This document shows, in pieces, positions 45,910-54,330 of a stretch of 64,000 bases of DNA. Position numbers and translations under genes: made by a program. How positions within the stretch are numbered: position 1 is the stretch's first letter; each line of letters opens with the position of its first letter. Source of the DNA: an uncultured Acidimicrobiaceae bacterium (lineage in GTDB: Bacteria; Actinomycetota; Acidimicrobiia; Spongiisociales; ZC4RG35); the NCBI GenBank assembly GCA_964558575.1, contig CAZLEQ010000003.1, positions 24,483 to 88,482 on the forward strand. Reading direction: 5' to 3'. The notes below the pieces were generated by a model that worked only from the letters and a program-made list of their open reading frames with translations, was not told the DNA's origin and did not search any database.

Positions 45910-46305
45910 ATGGTCGATTCCGGCAAGTACGTCCTATTCGACCTGCCATCGGGCAGCCAACCCGCCGACTCGGACTTCCTGGTTCGTCTGGGCTATGAGG
46001 TCGAGGTGTGCAACGGCCCGGGCGACGGTGCCTGTCCGCTGGTGGCAGGCAAGGGCTGCCCGTTGGCCGAGAATGCCCGGGGGGTCGTCTTCGAACTCGA
46101 CATCGACAACCCCAAGCACAGGGCGATCGTGAGGCGTTACAAGAGCGCATTGCGTGATGACATGCCGATCAGGGTGGTCGTGAAACCCGGACAGGAGCAC
46201 CAGTACGCCGATCTTCTCAAAGGAGTCCGGGTATGGACACATGAGCCAGTTGCGGGTGATCTCGACGCTCTGGCCGCGGAGGCACAGGCCGCCGACTCCC
46301 TCTGA
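45910..46305 (+). CDS. hypothetical 131-aa protein with a CNGPGDGACPLVAGKGCPL cysteine cluster
   Basis: ATG at 45910 after GAAAGGAGG (6-nt spacer). Alternating beta/alpha pattern (KYVLFDL...VVFELD...IRVVVKP). Divergent from the kinase. Confidence 0.6.
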   Translation: MVDSGKYVLFDLPSGSQPADSDFLVRLGYEVEVCNGPGDGACPLVAGKGCPLAENARGVVFELDIDNPKHRAIVRRYKSALRDDMPIRVVVKPGQEHQYADLLKGVRVWTHEPVAGDLDALAAEAQAADSL

Positions 46306-46414
46306 TCTCGGCCGGGTGGCAACTCGGTCGATATGAGCGCCGGCGGCACACACGGTGCTCGCGTCATGCAGCGTCGGGCCATCGGATGAGTTGCCGTCTA
46401 GCGTCTCGGCGATC

Positions 46415-46699
46415 ATGCAAGATCAGTCCCCCGCCAGGCACAGCCCCGCCGCCACCGTCAGTGGGATCGTCGGCATCGGCCTCTACCTCGTCGTCGGTTT
46501 TTTCTACCTGAGCAGCGGGTTGATGGTCCCCGGGCCCTGGCTGTTCATCCTCTGGGCAATCTGGGTCGCCGGGATCTACCCCCTGGTCGTGGTGTATCGG
46601 AGAAAGCGGGCATGGACGCCCCTCGTGGCCGTGACCGCCGCCGCGCTGTGGGGGATCTACCTCACCGTCGGGGAGGCCGTATTCGGCTGGACTCCGTGA
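46415..46699 (+). CDS. hypothetical 3-TM membrane protein
   Basis: 94 aa from ATG 46415, with three hydrophobic segments. Confidence 0.5.
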   Translation: MQDQSPARHSPAATVSGIVGIGLYLVVGFFYLSSGLMVPGPWLFILWAIWVAGIYPLVVVYRRKRAWTPLVAVTAAALWGIYLTVGEAVFGWTP

Positions 46700-46809
46700 G
46701 AGGGCTCCTTGTCCGGTCGGTCCTGGTCCGGCTGACTCTCGGGCTCGGGAACGGGCCGAGGCTCGGGTTCGATGCGAATCTTGCGGGTCGGCTTGCCGAT
46801 GTCCGCCAT
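46657..46809 (-). CDS. small Pro/Glu-rich protein (50 aa), absent from the supplied ORF track
   Basis: Its ATG shares the A of the upstream TGA (TGATG at 46807-46811). MADIGKPTRKIRIEPEPRPVPEPESQPDQDRPDKEPSHGVQPNTASPTVR*. About 80% G/C at third positions by hand count. The 3' end overlaps the convergent gene by 43 nt. Confidence 0.4.
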   Translation of the reverse strand: MADIGKPTRKIRIEPEPRPVPEPESQPDQDRPDKEPSHGVQPNTASPTVR

Positions 46810-47888
46810 CACGCTACCTCCTGGCCGAGGTGGAGACTCCCCACCGATACCTCCACCGACGGGTAGGCGGCCCGAATTCGATCGGCCCGACGGGGGTCAT
46901 CGACCCAGAGAGCGGTGATCCGGGCGTGCGATGCCCGATAGCCGCGGTCATGCTCGATGACATCGCCCCACATCTCCACCCGGCCGACGATAGATGACCC
47001 GCCATGGAAGGCGTGCACGTCATCGGGGGTCTTCGCGGCGTAGATCCCGCACACATGACCCCACGAGGGCACCTTCTCACAGTACCGACAGCTGGCCTCG
47101 AGCTCGGCGGAGGGCCAGCGGGCATACACGCCGCGCAGCGCCGACCCGTCCCAGTTCCACGACCGCCAGCCGACGACATACTGATCGGACCAGTATTCCT
47201 CGTCCGGCTCGGGGACCGAGTGGCGCCTGATGTAGGCCGGGTGGTGTCTCACCGGTTTGAGCCTGCCAGCCGTCGACCACAGCCCCTGGACCGTGGCCGC
47301 CGCCACCGAGATCACCATCAACGCCCCCAGGCTCGGCGACGCCATCGGGAGCCGGACTCCTGAGCCGTCTCCGAGTTGAGCCGAGCTGATGAATGCCGCC
47401 ACCGCAAGTCCGATGACCAACAGGCGCGACATCCTGCCCACCACCGAGTCGGTCTCGGCGGGGATCATCCGATCGACCATCAACAAAACGGGAGACAGGA
47501 CCAGGAACGCGATGAAGACGACCAACACCGCCCCGTAGATCACCGCGGCCAGCCACACCAGCGCCACGATCCAAAAGCCGATCGTCTCCGGTCCCCCAGT
47601 TGAGAAGACGACTGCCGCGGGCACCCCGACGACGGCAAGCGCATAGAGGAGGTAGGAGAAGTGGCGGCGTCCGAGAGTGCGAGCAGAGGTGAGCGCCTTC
47701 CTCACCCGTGAGCCCGTCCGATGCGTCACCACCTCGTCAGCGGACCAGAGTTCCATCTCGCAGCACACAACGCTACTCGTCCACCGCCGGCACCGGGCGA
47801 TCGCCTCACGGAAAATCTCCTGCCAGCCGGCCAGCACCCGGTTAACGTCCCCGGGCGCGGAGAAAGGACCTGTGTCGATGATCGCCAT
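46809..47888 (-). CDS. 4-TM membrane protein with a C-terminal Trp/Cys-rich domain of unknown function
   Basis: Only the last 360 codons of the listed 872-aa ORF look coding. The rest is antisense to the ABC gene. C-terminal motif GWRSWNWDG...ASCRYCEKVPSWGHVCGIYAAK...VEMWGDVIEHDRGYRASHARI. Confidence 0.6.
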   Translation of the reverse strand: MAIIDTGPFSAPGDVNRVLAGWQEIFREAIARCRRWTSSVVCCEMELWSADEVVTHRTGSRVRKALTSARTLGRRHFSYLLYALAVVGVPAAVVFSTGGPETIGFWIVALVWLAAVIYGAVLVVFIAFLVLSPVLLMVDRMIPAETDSVVGRMSRLLVIGLAVAAFISSAQLGDGSGVRLPMASPSLGALMVISVAAATVQGLWSTAGRLKPVRHHPAYIRRHSVPEPDEEYWSDQYVVGWRSWNWDGSALRGVYARWPSAELEASCRYCEKVPSWGHVCGIYAAKTPDDVHAFHGGSSIVGRVEMWGDVIEHDRGYRASHARITALWVDDPRRADRIRAAYPSVEVSVGSLHLGQEVA

Positions 47889-48029
47889 GAGAATCTCGAG
47901 CCGTGGATCGGCACCGACCCCCAACCGCGCCCGCTCCCCCCTCTGAATACGAGGCGAGCCCGTCCGCTGTAGCCGACCCAACGGGCCTCCGACCGGTCCT
48001 GTTTCGACCGTCCGCGTCCTGGTGAACCG

Positions 48030-49784
48030 ATGATCCCCGTACGCCGCTATCTGAGACTGCTGAGCCGATACCTCCGGCCCCTGCGCAAGCGCATGGGGCT
48101 CCTCGGCGCGGTCGTGCTCGCCGACATCGGTCTGCAGCTGGTCGGGCCCCAGCTGATAAAGCGATTCATCGACGGGGCCATCGACGGTGTCGGATCGACG
48201 GTATTGGTGCCGATCGCGGCATGGTTCATGGTGGTCGCGGTGACCCAGCAGGGCATGGCGGTATGGGCCACCTATCTCGCCGAAGACGTGGGGTGGAGCG
48301 CCACCAACAGCCTGCGTGCCGACCTCGCCGACCACGTGATCCATCTCGATATGGGATTCCACAAGTCTCATTCGGCCGGTGAGCTGATCGAACGGATCGA
48401 CGGGGACGTCACCAGCCTGTCCAACTTCTTTTCGGCGATGACCTTGAAGGTCATCGGCAACGGAGCCCTGATAGTGGGGATCCTGATCCTGCTCACCCTG
48501 GAGAGTTGGCTCATCGGCGCCGCCATCGCCGGATTCACCGCCTTGTCGATATTCGCCATGACCCGGCTCCACGAGGTGGCCGTCCCCTGGTGGAAGTCGG
48601 TGCGCGCCGCCGCCGCGGAGACCTATGGCTTCGTCGGGGAGCAGGTGGAGGGAACCGAGGACATCAGGGCCAATGGAGCCGCCGGGTACATGCAGGAGCG
48701 CTTCGCTGACATGCTGCGACGGTGGCTCCCCCTCGAGGTGCGGGCGTGGATGGGATTCGCCATCCTCTGGTCGACCAGCCTGGTGCTGTACGGACTGTCG
48801 ACCACCATCGTGTTCGTCGCCGGAGCATGGTTGTTCGGCATCGGCACCATCACCATCGGGTCGGTCTACCTGGTGTTCCATTACACCGAGATGACCCGTC
48901 GCCCCATCGAGCAGATTCGCTCCCAGCTCGAGGATCTGCAGAAGGCGGGAGCGGCGATCGCCCGGGTCGAGGAGCTGCTGGCAACGGAGAACCGGCTCCG
49001 ACCGGCCGGGGACCACCGCATCCCCGAAGGGCCGCTGTCGGTGGAGTTCGACCGGGTCTCCTTCGCCTACCACGACTCCGACGACCCGGGTGAACCGGTG
49101 CTCCACGAGGTCTCTTTCGCCATCGCCCCGGGTCGAGTGGTCGGGCTGCTGGGACGGACCGGTTCGGGCAAGTCGACCATCGCCCGCCTCCTCACCCGTC
49201 TCTACGAGCCACAGGAGGGCGAGATCAGGGTGGGCGGGATTCCCACATGGGACGCTCCCCTCGCCGAGCTCCGCGCCCGGGTGGGGATGGTGACCCAGGA
49301 CGTCCAGCTGTTCCGGGCGTCGGTGCGCGACAACCTCACCTTCTTCGACTCGAGCATTCCCGACCAGCGCCTCCATGAGGTGATCGAGCGTCTCGAGCTG
49401 GGTGAGTGGCTGGACTCGATGCCGCAAGGGCTGGACACGATGCTCGAGTCGGGAAGCGGCGGGCTCTCGGCGGGCCAGGGACAGCTCCTCGCCTTCACCC
49501 GGATCTTCCTGGCCAACCCCTCCATCGTGGTATTGGACGAGGCCTCGTCACGGCTCGACCCTGCCACCGAGGTGCTCATCGAGCGCGCCGTCGACCATCT
49601 GCTGGAGGATCGCACCGGGATCATCATCGCCCACCGCCTCCACACCGTCACTCGCAGCGATGACATCCTGGTGCTCGAAGACGGCAGGCTCGTCGAGTTC
49701 GGCGAGCGCACCAAACTGGTGGCCGACCCGGGGTCGCGCTTCTCCAGGCTCCTGGCGACAGGTATGGAGGAAGTGCTGGCATGA
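48030..49784 (+). CDS. ABC exporter, fused permease/ATPase subunit 1
   Basis: Six-TM domain, then GRTGSGKST (Walker A), LSAGQGQLLAF (signature) and IVVLDEASS (Walker B). Confidence 0.9.
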   Translation: MIPVRRYLRLLSRYLRPLRKRMGLLGAVVLADIGLQLVGPQLIKRFIDGAIDGVGSTVLVPIAAWFMVVAVTQQGMAVWATYLAEDVGWSATNSLRADLADHVIHLDMGFHKSHSAGELIERIDGDVTSLSNFFSAMTLKVIGNGALIVGILILLTLESWLIGAAIAGFTALSIFAMTRLHEVAVPWWKSVRAAAAETYGFVGEQVEGTEDIRANGAAGYMQERFADMLRRWLPLEVRAWMGFAILWSTSLVLYGLSTTIVFVAGAWLFGIGTITIGSVYLVFHYTEMTRRPIEQIRSQLEDLQKAGAAIARVEELLATENRLRPAGDHRIPEGPLSVEFDRVSFAYHDSDDPGEPVLHEVSFAIAPGRVVGLLGRTGSGKSTIARLLTRLYEPQEGEIRVGGIPTWDAPLAELRARVGMVTQDVQLFRASVRDNLTFFDSSIPDQRLHEVIERLELGEWLDSMPQGLDTMLESGSGGLSAGQGQLLAFTRIFLANPSIVVLDEASSRLDPATEVLIERAVDHLLEDRTGIIIAHRLHTVTRSDDILVLEDGRLVEFGERTKLVADPGSRFSRLLATGMEEVLA

Positions 49785-51547
49785 GCACCCGAGAGATCCC
49801 GATCTGGCGGGTGGTGGCGAGGTTGGTGGCCAACTCGCCGGGGCACTACGCCACCAGCGCTCTCGCCTGGATCTCGATCTGGACGATGCCGCTCGCCGTC
49901 GGGCTCGTCGCCGCCGCCTTCTTCGACAGCCTCTCCGGCACCGCCGGGTGGAACCTTCCCACGCTCGTCGCCGCACTCTGGGCCTATGTGGTGGTCCGGA
50001 TCGGCTTTGTGCTCATCGCCATGCGTCTGCACAGCTCCCTGCTGTTCCGGGCCGGATCCGGTATGCGCCGCTCGATGCTGCGTTGGCTCTACACCCTCCC
50101 CGGTGCCCAGCCGGTGTCCGAGACCCCGGGCGAGGTGGTGAGCCGGTTCCGCGACGACGTCAACCATGCCGTCGAGGCCTACGACTTCACCGTCGACCTG
50201 ATCGGATCGATCGTCTCGAGCACGGTGGCGGTGCTGATCCTGATCACCATCGACCCGCTGATCACCGCAGTCGTGTTCACCCCGGTCCTGGTGGTGATCG
50301 CAGTCACCAGCCGGCTCGGAGCCCGGATCCGCCGCTACCGGCGCGCGGCGCGCGCCGCCACCGAGGCGATCACCGGGTTCCTCGGCGAGACCTTGTCATC
50401 GGTCCAGTCGGTGAAGGTCGCCGACGCGGAACGCCCCATGCTCGATCACTTCACAGCACTCAACGACGAGCGCAAGACCATGATGGTGCGCGACCGTACC
50501 TTCACCGCCGGCATCGAGGCCGTCTTCTACAACACGGTGAGCGTCGGCACCGGACTGATCCTGATCCTGGCCGTCGACATGCTCGGCGCAGGCGAGACCG
50601 CGGGGCTGACCATCGGCCAGTTCAGCCTGTTCGTCTACCTGCTGCAGTTGGTCACCGAGTCGGCATGGTTCATCGGGACCTTCCTGGCGCGGCTGCGTCA
50701 GGCCGAAGTGTCGGTGGGGCGACAGGTCGACCTGATGCGGGGGGCGGGATGGCGCGACCTCACCGCCGACGTCGGGCTGGAGTCCCGGATCGGGACCCGA
50801 GACGCCGACGAGCTGAGAGGTGAACATGGCGCACCGCTGCTCGCGGCAACCGGTCTCTCCTACCGCTACCCGTCCTCGGGCAAGGGCATCGAGGATGTCG
50901 ACCTCGAAGTGCCTGAAGGGGTTTTCGTGGTCGTCACCGGGAAGATCGGCTCGGGCAAGACCACCTTGCTTCGCGCGGTCCTCGGCCTGGTGCCCATCGA
51001 TGGAGGTGAGATCTCGTGGAGGGGCGCGGTGGTAGACGATCCCGCGGGATTCATGGTCCCGCCGCGCGCCGCGTACACGCCGCAGACACCGCGTCTGTTC
51101 TCGATGAGCCTCCGCGACAACCTCCTTCTCGGACACGACGCCGACGAGGCGGTGCTGGCGCGTTCGGTGGAGACCGCCACGATGACCCGGGACGTCTCCT
51201 CGATGACCGACGGGTTCGAGACCATGGTCGGCCCGCGCGGAGTGCGGCTCTCCGGGGGTCAGGTGCAGCGCTCGGCGGCGGCGCGGATGCTGGTGCGCTC
51301 GCCCCAGCTGCTGGTGTTCGACGACCTCTCCTCGGCACTCGACGTGGAAACGGAGGCCGAGTTGTGGGAGGGCCTGTTCTCACGTGGCGAGACCACCACG
51401 GTTCTCGCCGTCTCCCATCGCCGTCCCGCATTGAAGCGGGCCGATCAGGTGGTGGTCATGGATGGAGGCAGGGTGGTGGCTGCGGGAAAAGCCGACGAGC
51501 TGATGGAGACCAGCCCTCTGTTCCGCGAGATGTGGGCCGACGACTAA
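49781..51547 (+). CDS. ABC exporter, fused permease/ATPase subunit 2
   Basis: ATGA overlap with subunit 1. GKIGSGKTT, LSGGQVQRSAAAR, LLVFDDLSSALD. Confidence 0.9.
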   Translation: MSTREIPIWRVVARLVANSPGHYATSALAWISIWTMPLAVGLVAAAFFDSLSGTAGWNLPTLVAALWAYVVVRIGFVLIAMRLHSSLLFRAGSGMRRSMLRWLYTLPGAQPVSETPGEVVSRFRDDVNHAVEAYDFTVDLIGSIVSSTVAVLILITIDPLITAVVFTPVLVVIAVTSRLGARIRRYRRAARAATEAITGFLGETLSSVQSVKVADAERPMLDHFTALNDERKTMMVRDRTFTAGIEAVFYNTVSVGTGLILILAVDMLGAGETAGLTIGQFSLFVYLLQLVTESAWFIGTFLARLRQAEVSVGRQVDLMRGAGWRDLTADVGLESRIGTRDADELRGEHGAPLLAATGLSYRYPSSGKGIEDVDLEVPEGVFVVVTGKIGSGKTTLLRAVLGLVPIDGGEISWRGAVVDDPAGFMVPPRAAYTPQTPRLFSMSLRDNLLLGHDADEAVLARSVETATMTRDVSSMTDGFETMVGPRGVRLSGGQVQRSAAARMLVRSPQLLVFDDLSSALDVETEAELWEGLFSRGETTTVLAVSHRRPALKRADQVVVMDGGRVVAAGKADELMETSPLFREMWADD

Positions 51548-51655
51548 TCGACCGGCTCACAACCCGCAGTCGTCGAGCGCTTCCTCCGCGGCGACTCCCC
51601 CGAACTGGTGCCGTTCGAAAGCGGCCACCCGGGCGATCTCGGTGTCGGACTCGAA

Positions 51656-52261
51656 CTATTTCCTGGTGAGCAGGAAGGCAGCCACCTTCCAGTCGTCGTC
51701 CCGGGAGAAGGGCTCGACGTCCCAGTGACGGCCAAACAGCTCGTCCAGCTCGCCGGGGGCGATGTGGCTCAGCTTCGAGGTGCCCCGGAAGCTGATCAGA
51801 GGCAGCTCCTCGGTCTCTCCGTAGAAGCAGTACTCGAGGAACCGGGCTTCGGGCCGGGCCAGCCTGGTGACGGTGTCGGCCATGGCGGCCCGGGATTCGC
51901 CACGCAGATCGTCGAGGGTGCCGAAGTCGATCAGGAAGTCGAAGGTGCCTTCGATCCCCGCTATCGAGGGAGCCGTCAGATCCCCGACCACGAAATGGGC
52001 ATCGAGCCCGGCCGCGGCGGCACGGCCCTGCGCCTTGCGGATGGCGATCTCCGAGAAGTCGACCCCCCAGGAGTCGAAGCCGACTCCTGCCAGGTGGACG
52101 ACATTGGCCCCGGTCCCACAACCCAGGTCGATGGAGCGGGGGTAGCGGTCAGGGTCGACATCACCGCGTTCCAGGAGGTCGACCAAGTCGCGGCGCACTC
52201 CCATGGAGTCCCAGGGCGCCCACACCCGGTACGCCCAGTCGTAGACGCGGGCGGACACCAT
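51656..52261 (-). CDS. class I SAM-dependent methyltransferase
   Basis: SIDLGCGTGANVVHLA motif I and DFLIDFGTLDDL. 201 aa. The TAG stop is followed in frame by 32 coding-like codons (see findings). Confidence 0.85.
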   Translation of the reverse strand: MVSARVYDWAYRVWAPWDSMGVRRDLVDLLERGDVDPDRYPRSIDLGCGTGANVVHLAGVGFDSWGVDFSEIAIRKAQGRAAAAGLDAHFVVGDLTAPSIAGIEGTFDFLIDFGTLDDLRGESRAAMADTVTRLARPEARFLEYCFYGETEELPLISFRGTSKLSHIAPGELDELFGRHWDVEPFSRDDDWKVAAFLLTRK

Positions 52262-52869
52262 CAGCTGGCCTCCACCATCTCGCGTCGCAGCATCACTACC
52301 CAGGCGATGAATCCGATGAGGGCAACCGTCATCCCCACCACGACGAGCGGGCTGTCCGGTCCCATGGGGCCGCCCATGGCACCGATGGCGAAACCGGCAC
52401 CGACCACATAGGTGACCCGAGTGAGACGACGGCTGAACAGCTCGGCTCGATCGGCGATGCGGGCCAGCATGAGGAACCAGATCCCTTCGAGACCGAAGCC
52501 GACGAATTGCATGCCGAGCCCCCCACCGGCGGGGACGAACTCGTGGGACACCTCCGAGGTGAGCAGGACGATGCTGCCGATGATGATGATGCTCATCGCG
52601 GCCAGGCCCACCCAGCGGGCGGTCCGTGAGATGTCTCCGACCACCGGGCGTGCCAGGGTGTCGAGACCGATCATCACCGGCATCATCGCCGCGGCGAGGC
52701 CGAGCGCGAGGGCATCGCTGATGGTGAACCAGATCCCGCCCACGGTGGTGAACCCGACGTAGGAGACCAGGCCGAGGACGAAGACGACGAGGGTGACCAG
52801 GCTCCAGGTCCTGATCTGTTCCCTGGTCCCGGCACGTGCGGCGGGGGCGACTCCTTCAGCTGTGGTCAT
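52261..52869 (-). CDS. hypothetical 6-TM membrane protein
   Basis: ATG after GAGGAGGA. The stop overlaps the methyltransferase start (ATGA). Hydrophobic throughout. Confidence 0.6.
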   Translation of the reverse strand: MTTAEGVAPAARAGTREQIRTWSLVTLVVFVLGLVSYVGFTTVGGIWFTISDALALGLAAAMMPVMIGLDTLARPVVGDISRTARWVGLAAMSIIIIGSIVLLTSEVSHEFVPAGGGLGMQFVGFGLEGIWFLMLARIADRAELFSRRLTRVTYVVGAGFAIGAMGGPMGPDSPLVVVGMTVALIGFIAWVVMLRREMVEAS

Positions 52870-52879
52870 GGCTTCCTCC

Positions 52880-53632
52880 TCAGTGCTCTACGACCAGGTC
52901 GATGACCATGTTCTCATGTCCCGGCACCACACAAATCACCGTGTACTCACCAGCAGCTAGATCGAAGTCGGCGCGCGCCGCGCTGAGCCCGGGGGCGTCG
53001 ATCTCCAAGGACAACTCTTCGATGGTGAAGGTATGCCGGATCCCGTCCCGGTTGTCCAGCCAGAATCCGGTCTCCCCGGTGGGTACCACGATCCGCTCGG
53101 CGTCGAACTCGACACCGCTGGCCACCACTTCGACATCACCGGGTTGTGGTGCCGCGGATTCGACTCCCGATGCGGCCGCCAGCGAGACCACCACGCCGAG
53201 AGTGAGGACCCCGCCCCACGAGTAGTAGACCGCCCGACGGGAATCGAGAGACCAACCGAAGAACGCCGCCAGCCCGGCCACGCCCACCACCGCCGCGGCC
53301 GACGTCGCCAGGAGGGTGAGCAGGAACGCGATCGGGGACGACGGATGACTCAGCTCGTCGATGGTCATCGGCAAGTTGCCGCCAACCGCCAGCACGGCGA
53401 GCACTGCGGCCACCAGGGCGAGACGGCGTCGCTCTCCGCTCAGGAACACGGCCAGGACCACGAACACCACCCCGATCAGGGTCACCGGGGGGATGAACGC
53501 CCCGGCCAGCGTCTGCAGTGCCAGCGACCAGACACCGATCGTCAACGAGCCCACCCGGGCCACCTTCACCCATCCGGACACGCCGGAGGAGGGTGGGGCC
53601 ACCCTCTCTTCGATTTCCACCGTCTTGGTCAT
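52880..53632 (-). CDS. membrane protein with a C-terminal cupredoxin (type-1 copper-like) domain
   Basis: Five or six TM helices. Then VEVVASGVEFDAERIVVPTG...RHTFTIE...YTVICVVPGHENMV, which has His, Cys, His and Met ligand spacing. GGAGG sits 6 nt before the ATG. Confidence 0.7.
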   Translation of the reverse strand: MTKTVEIEERVAPPSSGVSGWVKVARVGSLTIGVWSLALQTLAGAFIPPVTLIGVVFVVLAVFLSGERRRLALVAAVLAVLAVGGNLPMTIDELSHPSSPIAFLLTLLATSAAAVVGVAGLAAFFGWSLDSRRAVYYSWGGVLTLGVVVSLAAASGVESAAPQPGDVEVVASGVEFDAERIVVPTGETGFWLDNRDGIRHTFTIEELSLEIDAPGLSAARADFDLAAGEYTVICVVPGHENMVIDLVVEH

Positions 53633-53685
53633 ACCTACCTCCTCGCCTCGACATCGTGACGTGGGGGAAGAAGTTACTTTATTTA

Positions 53686-53695
53686 TTTGCGCAAA
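53686..53695. promoter_or_regulatory. candidate TetR operator, perfect palindrome TTTGCGCAAA
   Basis: Sits in the 80-nt AT-rich divergent spacer, 18 nt from the TetR ATG and 54 nt from the cupredoxin-operon ATG. Confidence 0.45.
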
Positions 53696-53712
53696 GCAAT
53701 TAAATTATTCTC

Positions 53713-54294
53713 ATGACCGGAAAAAGGCGGTATCGACTGGGGAAGCGACAGGCCTCGGTGGACGCCACCAAGCAACGGATCCTCGGCGCCGCCTCGGCTG
53801 CCTATCAGGAGCTCGGCATCGAGGAGACCTCGATGCAAGAGGTGGCCCGGCGCGCCGAAGTCGCCCCGGGCACCGTCCTCTACCACTTCCCCACGCCCGA
53901 GTCTCTCGCCGACGAAGTGGTCGTGTCGTGGATGGAGTCGATGGAGCCACCCCGACCCGACGTGATCGACCCCGACGAGCCCATCGACGTCCGCATCACC
54001 AAGCTGGTTCTGGAGCTGTACACCCTCTACGAGAGGACGGGCCACTTGTACCGGATCTATGAGAAGAGCCCCAATCACCCTGCCCTCCTTCGGGCCGGTG
54101 CTTGGTGGGAAGAGAACGTCACCCGGATGATCATCAAGGCGCTCGGCGACCGGTGGGCCGACCAGGAGGCGATGAAGGTGATCTCGGTACTGACCAACCC
54201 GGGCTTCCGGGGCACTCTGATCATGACCGGCATCGACTCCGGGCGCGCCATTGAGATCGCCACCAAGCTGGCCATCGCCTGGGTCGAAGGCTGA
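53713..54294 (+). CDS. TetR-family transcriptional regulator
   Basis: ILGAASAAYQELGIEETSMQEVARRAEVAPGTVLYHFPTPESL is a TetR_N HTH. 193 aa. Confidence 0.85.
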   Translation: MTGKRRYRLGKRQASVDATKQRILGAASAAYQELGIEETSMQEVARRAEVAPGTVLYHFPTPESLADEVVVSWMESMEPPRPDVIDPDEPIDVRITKLVLELYTLYERTGHLYRIYEKSPNHPALLRAGAWWEENVTRMIIKALGDRWADQEAMKVISVLTNPGFRGTLIMTGIDSGRAIEIATKLAIAWVEG

Positions 54295-54330
54295 TCGACT
54301 GACCGCCGGCCCAGCGCGGAATGGACCGAC

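Noticed and set aside
47889-49427. Upstream 512 codons of the 872-aa minus ORF 46809-49427
   Set aside because: It is antisense to the first ABC exporter gene, which has unambiguous Walker and signature motifs. The minus-frame translation there is His/Arg/Gly/Asp-rich.
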